11,457 bases of DNA from a bacterium. GTDB lineage: Bacteria > Zixibacteria > MSB-5A5 > GN15 > FEB-12. A program made the position numbers and the translations under genes. Position 1 is the first letter of the stretch; each line of letters begins with the position of its first letter. Positions 7,401 through 11,457 of the stretch are shown piece after piece. Below the pieces are notes generated by a model that ran no database searches, had not been told where the DNA came from, and saw only the letters and a program-made list of their open reading frames with translations. The stretch is taken from positions 1 to 11,457 of the forward strand of contig JBDRNJ010000041.1 of NCBI GenBank assembly GCA_043811375.1, written 5' to 3'.

Positions 7401-7429
7401 ATTCTACTAGGAATCCTGGAGTTAGTCAA
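7401..7429 (-). promoter_or_regulatory. sigma70 promoter of rex
   Basis: TTGACT (7424-7429), 17-nt spacer, TAGAAT (7401-7406). Confidence 0.8.
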
Positions 7430-7431
7430 CG

Positions 7432-7460
7432 AAAAACTCGCCCGGCGACCGGGCCAAGTT
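7432..7460 (-). terminator. Putative intrinsic terminator of ppdK
   Basis: - strand: aactt(g)gcccgg-tcg-ccgggcgagtt-ttt. A second hairpin (caggccgg...ccggcctg) lies at ~7495-7522, just after the stop codon. Confidence 0.55.
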
Positions 7461-7531
7461 CGCGCATCTCTGCCTAAAAGCCGACTCTAGCTTGCAGGCC
7501 GGACGCCGGATATCCCGGCCTGGGGAGCCGT

Positions 7532-10495
7532 CTATTTCTGGGTGTCGGACACCTCGCCAAGAACGGCTTGAGCAGCGGCCAAGCGTGCGATGGGCACGCG
7601 ATACGGCGAGCAGCTGACATATTTGAGGCCTATTCGGCTGCAAAATTTGATCGTCTGCGGGTCCCCGCCGTGTTCACCGCAAATCCCGATCTTCAGTTTC
7701 GGATTCGCCTTCATGCCTTCTGTAACGGCGATCTGGATCAGACGCCCGACACCTTCGATGTCGAGAGTCACGAACGGGTCACTGGGGAGAATGCCTTTTT
7801 CGATGTAAGACACGAGAAATCTGCTGGCATCGTCGCGCGAGAATCCCATGGCCATTTGGGTCAAATCGTTGGTGCCAAAGCTGAAGAAGTCAGCAACTTC
7901 GGCGATGCGTCCTGCGGTGAGTGCGGCACGCGGAACCTCGATCATCGTGCCCACCAGATACTCCACCCGGAGTTTGCGTTTCTTGAAGATCTCCTCGGCG
8001 GCGCGCACGACAATTTCACGCTGATTGGAAAATTCTTCGACTGTGCCGACGAGCGGAATCATGACCTCGGGGTAAACTTTGATGCCTTCCTTGGCCAGAT
8101 CACATGCGGCGGAGAATATGGCCTTGGCCTGCATCTCGGTGATTTCCGGATAGGTGATTCCCAAACGGCAGCCGCGGTGCCCGAGCATCGGATTGCTCTC
8201 GGATAGCTCTTCGAGGCGCACGAGAACCTTTTCCTTGGCGGCAATCTCATCCTGGCATTGCAGCCACTCTTCGTAGGACACCTGGTCTTCTTTCGCCTTC
8301 AATTCAGCGATCTGATCGACCACATCCTTGCGGTTAGGCAGGAATTCGTGCAACGGCGGATCGAGTGTGCGAATGGTCACCGGACGTCCGGCCATCGCGC
8401 GGAAAATCCCCTTGAAATCGGAGCGCTGGAACGGCAGAAGCTTGTTGAGCGCCAATTGTCTCTCTTCGGCCGTGTCTGCAAGAATCATGCGCTGGACATG
8501 TCCAAGGCGGTCGGGGGCAAAAAACATGTGCTCGGTACGGCAAAGGCCGATGCCTTCGGCACCGAATTTGTCGGCCTGCTCCGCGTCCGACGGCGTGTCG
8601 GCGTTTGTCCGGATCCCGAGCTTGCGCAGTTTGTCGGCCCATGACATCAGCGTGGCGAATTCACCCGACAGCTGCGGCTCGATCTTGGGCACGTCGCCCA
8701 GCATCACTTCGCCGGTTGAGCCATTGAGGGTAATGATCTGCTTTTCTTTCACAATGGTCGGCCCGACGCTGAATGTCTTGCGTTCTTCATTGACTCGTAC
8801 GCTTTCGGCCCCGGCCACACAGCACTTGCCCATCCCGCGGGCAACCACGGCGGCATGTGACGTCATTCCACCGCGTGTCGTCAGGATACCCTCGGCGGCC
8901 GCCATGCCCTGGATGTCGTCGGGATTGGTCTCAGCACGAACCAGAATGACCTTCTCCCCTTTGGCCGCCATGGCCACAGCGCTCTCGGCGGTGAAAACGA
9001 CTTTGCCGGATGCGGCACCGGGGGACGCAGCCAGCCCGCGCGTAATCGGGGTGACTTCGACCGACGGATCGATCTGCGGGTGCAGCAATTGATCCAGGTC
9101 TTCGGGCTGGAGGCGAAGAAGCGCCTCGTCTTTGGTAATGAGTCTCTCCGCGACCATGTCGACGGCAATCTTCACCGCCGCCTGCGCCGTCCGTTTGCCG
9201 GTACGGGTCTGCAGCATAAACAGTTCACCATTCTGAATGGTGAACTCGAAATCTTGTACATCGCGGTAGTGTTTCTCTAGTTGCGTCGTAATCTCGTGGA
9301 GCTTCTTGTATGCCTTGGGCATCAGCTTGTCCAGTTCCACGAGTGGCCGTGGCGTGCGAATCCCTGCGACGACGTCTTCACCCTGAGCATTGGTGAGGAA
9401 TTCCCCGTAGAACTCCTTGTCGCCGGTTGAAGGATTACGCGTAAATCCTACGCCGGTAGCCGATTCCTCGCCGGTGTTTCCAAACACCATCGCCTGAACA
9501 TTGACCGCCGTCCCCAAATCCGAGGGGATATCGTTGAGCTTGCGGTAAGCGATCGCGCGGGGATTGTTCCACGACTTGAAGACCGCTTCAATGGCCATGG
9601 TGAGTTGCGTCCAAGGGTCGTCGGGGAACGGCTCACGGATGTGACCCTTGACGATCTTTTTGTACTCGGAAGCGATGTCCTTCAAATCGTCGATCGAGAG
9701 GTTGGCGTCCTTCTTCACCCGGCGCGTCGTTTTGCGTTTGATGATAACCGCCTCAAAGATGTCCTTGTCGATGCCCAGAACCACATTGCTGAACATCTGA
9801 ATGAAGCGGCGATAGCTGTCGTAGGCGAACCGAGGATTATCGGTTTCGGCAATCAGACCCTGGAGTGTCTTCTCGTTGAGGCCGAGATTCAAAACCGTAT
9901 CCATCATGCCGGGCATGGAGAATTTGGCGCCAGATCGAACCGAGACCAGAAGCGGCTTGTTGGGATCGCCGAACTTGCGTCCCATCACCTGCTCCATTTC
10001 GGCCATGTATTTTTTGAGCAGTGAATTCAGCGGACGAGGCAGACGCATTCTGTTTTCATAGAAGAGATTGCAGACTTCGGTCGTGATGGTGCAACCCGGT
10101 GGAACCGGCACGCCAGCCTGGGCCATCCCCGCCAATCCTGCGCCTTTCCCGCCGAGGATATCGCGCATGCTCGGATCGCCCTCGGCTTTGCCTTGGGAGA
10201 AAGAGTAGATCATTTGATGACCGCTCGGGGTGCGCTGACTCGAAGCCCTGCCTTTTTTTGCGGTTCGGGTCTCACTCTCTGGGGCCGCAATCGAGACTCT
10301 GGCCGGTGGCCGGCCGGCCGTCTTGGTTTTGGCTTTGGCTTTTGAGGGAGGCTCGGCGACCGCTGGTTGCGCGCTCATTGCCCGTTTCTTGGCAGGTGTC
10401 TTGGTCTTCTCTTTCATGCTCTGGGTCTTCTTTCCGCGTGTCACGGAGGCAGAAGTCTTGGCCTCACGTGTCTCGGCTTTACTTTTCTTGGGCAT
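7532..10495 (-). CDS. ppdK: Pyruvate, phosphate dikinase with a ~90-aa Lys/Ala-rich N-terminal extension
   Basis: LGGKGAGLA, LLVSVRSGAKFSMPGMMDTVLNLGLN, NAQGEDVVAGIRTP, GGMTSHAAVVAR (catalytic His), GIGLCRTEHMF, FSFGTNDLTQ, GICGEHGGDP. SD GGAGG precedes ATG 10495. Confidence 0.98.
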   Translation of the reverse strand: MPKKSKAETREAKTSASVTRGKKTQSMKEKTKTPAKKRAMSAQPAVAEPPSKAKAKTKTAGRPPARVSIAAPESETRTAKKGRASSQRTPSGHQMIYSFSQGKAEGDPSMRDILGGKGAGLAGMAQAGVPVPPGCTITTEVCNLFYENRMRLPRPLNSLLKKYMAEMEQVMGRKFGDPNKPLLVSVRSGAKFSMPGMMDTVLNLGLNEKTLQGLIAETDNPRFAYDSYRRFIQMFSNVVLGIDKDIFEAVIIKRKTTRRVKKDANLSIDDLKDIASEYKKIVKGHIREPFPDDPWTQLTMAIEAVFKSWNNPRAIAYRKLNDIPSDLGTAVNVQAMVFGNTGEESATGVGFTRNPSTGDKEFYGEFLTNAQGEDVVAGIRTPRPLVELDKLMPKAYKKLHEITTQLEKHYRDVQDFEFTIQNGELFMLQTRTGKRTAQAAVKIAVDMVAERLITKDEALLRLQPEDLDQLLHPQIDPSVEVTPITRGLAASPGAASGKVVFTAESAVAMAAKGEKVILVRAETNPDDIQGMAAAEGILTTRGGMTSHAAVVARGMGKCCVAGAESVRVNEERKTFSVGPTIVKEKQIITLNGSTGEVMLGDVPKIEPQLSGEFATLMSWADKLRKLGIRTNADTPSDAEQADKFGAEGIGLCRTEHMFFAPDRLGHVQRMILADTAEERQLALNKLLPFQRSDFKGIFRAMAGRPVTIRTLDPPLHEFLPNRKDVVDQIAELKAKEDQVSYEEWLQCQDEIAAKEKVLVRLEELSESNPMLGHRGCRLGITYPEITEMQAKAIFSAACDLAKEGIKVYPEVMIPLVGTVEEFSNQREIVVRAAEEIFKKRKLRVEYLVGTMIEVPRAALTAGRIAEVADFFSFGTNDLTQMAMGFSRDDASRFLVSYIEKGILPSDPFVTLDIEGVGRLIQIAVTEGMKANPKLKIGICGEHGGDPQTIKFCSRIGLKYVSCSPYRVPIARLAAAQAVLGEVSDTQK

Positions 10496-10603
10496 CGATC
10501 CTCCCTGGGGGAGAATTCCTCAGCTGGACATCCGGCGGGAATACGTCTATAAGGTTTTAATCCACAACAACATATGAGTCTTTGCTCCGTTTGCCAATCA
10601 AGC

Positions 10604-10632
10604 AATTTAGACTCTAACTCATCATGTAGCAA
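10604..10632 (-). promoter_or_regulatory. Putative sigma70 promoter of ppdK
   Basis: TTGCTA (10627-10632), 17-nt spacer, TAAATT (10604-10609). A second candidate, TTGGCA-17-TATGTT, lies ~35 nt downstream. Confidence 0.5.
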
Positions 10633-10642
10633 GGGGATTTAC

Positions 10643-10672
10643 AAAAAACAGAGGCCACCGAGGTGGCCTCTG
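10643..10672 (-). terminator. Rho-independent terminator of the 114-aa gene
   Basis: Perfect stem cagaggccac-ctcg-gtggcctctg followed by T6 on the - strand. Confidence 0.88.
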
Positions 10673-10714
10673 AAATAGGATAGAACAAAATTCTGTGGTC
10701 AATCTTCTCGGCCC

Positions 10715-11059
10715 TCACATGGTGAATAGACGTTCTCCGGCCAGGATCTTGTCGAGCATCTTCAGAGTTTTTTCCACTGGAGCATGCATGATGTCCTGGG
10801 TATTGAAGGTGCTCTTCAGGAAGTACTTCCTGGGCAAGCCCTCAGGGACGATATCTTCGTGCCGCACATGGATCGGCTGCACTTTGGATGGATCCTGAAG
10901 GGGCTTTGCCGGTGGTTCAGGGCCGCTTTTCGCAGGTGGTTTGGCCGAATTGGCCGATGTTTTTGCTTGGTTCTTCGTCTTAATAGTCGCTTGTCTTTCT
11001 TTCTTCTTGGGTTTCCCAACCCTTGTGGCTGTACTGCCGGTAGTTTCGGATTTGGTCAC
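10715..11059 (-). CDS. Hypothetical protein with a basic low-complexity N-half and a compact ~55-aa C-terminal domain
   Basis: Strong SD AAGGAGG before the GTG start; has its own candidate promoter and a strong terminator. No family recognised. Confidence 0.75.
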   Translation of the reverse strand: MTKSETTGSTATRVGKPKKKERQATIKTKNQAKTSANSAKPPAKSGPEPPAKPLQDPSKVQPIHVRHEDIVPEGLPRKYFLKSTFNTQDIMHAPVEKTLKMLDKILAGERLFTM

Positions 11060-11182
11060 TGCCCGCCTCCTTGGACATCAGCCGGGAATGCCCCCCGGTC
11101 CCTGGTGAGGTAAAAGACTATCGCAGAAAGACTTAACATGCCCGTTTCGAATGGTGAAGACTTTACAACGCTGTCATTAACA

Positions 11183-11212
11183 AGTTTAGCACGAACAAAT
11201 TACGGAAGTCAA
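11183..11212 (-). promoter_or_regulatory. Putative sigma70 promoter (extended -10) of the 114-aa gene
   Basis: TTGACT (11207-11212), 18-nt spacer, TG-C-TAAACT (-10 at 11183-11188); T-tract upstream. Confidence 0.6.
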
Positions 11213-11272
11213 GAAAAAAACACCTATGAGACGACGATTAGCTGACAACTCGAATCTCGGCTAGCCATTGTA

Positions 11273-11285
11273 TATCAATATCTTG
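11273..11285 (+). promoter_or_regulatory. IHF-consensus match
   Basis: TATCAA-TATC-TTG matches WATCAANNNNTTR, ~60 nt upstream of the -35 above. Confidence 0.35.
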
Positions 11286-11457
11286 TGAGGAGGTCATAAC
11301 TCACCCTCCGCGCGCCAAAGCAAAGCCACGTCCCGGTATACTCCTATAATTTAGGTTGTCCCTTAAGGTTACGGCGATGGCCCATCCGCTGGCCGCCAAC
11401 CGAAGCCCAGAGGCTCAACCCCCCTTATTACTTGGTACTACGTTGACCTTCAAATCG

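Noticed and set aside
7568..10577. Numerous antisense and alternative-frame ORFs over ppdK (likewise over tolC, rex and the + strand genes)
   Set aside because: Shadow ORFs expected in GC-rich coding DNA; no recognisable motifs.
10582..10597. sigma54 promoter upstream of ppdK (TGGCA...GC)
   Set aside because: GG-GC spacing is 8 nt, not the required 10.
11425..11457. Possible 3' end of an upstream - strand gene (RFEGQRSTK, then TAA TAA)
   Set aside because: Only nine codons are visible, too little to support a call.

Overview
Bacterial window, probably candidate division Zixibacteria, inferred from its Cys-flanked C-terminal dockerin-like domains. Left arm (+ strand), a surface-protein cluster: the 3' end of a dockerin-bearing gene; a small secreted protein with Ca-binding-type motifs and a Gly/Cys tail, translationally coupled to an outer-membrane beta-barrel; and a secreted thioredoxin-like (CPNC)/PKD/dockerin protein. 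An inverted pair of REP-like hairpins separates the arms. Right arm (- strand): a TolC fused to an ABC-type substrate-binding domain, a stand-alone receiver protein, rex, ppdK with a ~90-aa basic N-terminal extension, and a 114-aa basic hypothetical protein. Notable observations: (1) a Rex operator overlaps both the predicted TSS and the ATG of an apparently leaderless rex mRNA; (2) ppdK and its upstream neighbour share an 18-nt leader motif and both have Lys-rich N-tails; (3) the REP-like doublet shows compensatory changes; (4) the SBP-TolC has no partner genes nearby; (5) the Omp28-like protein may be circularly permuted. All calls come from reading the sequence; no searches were run.
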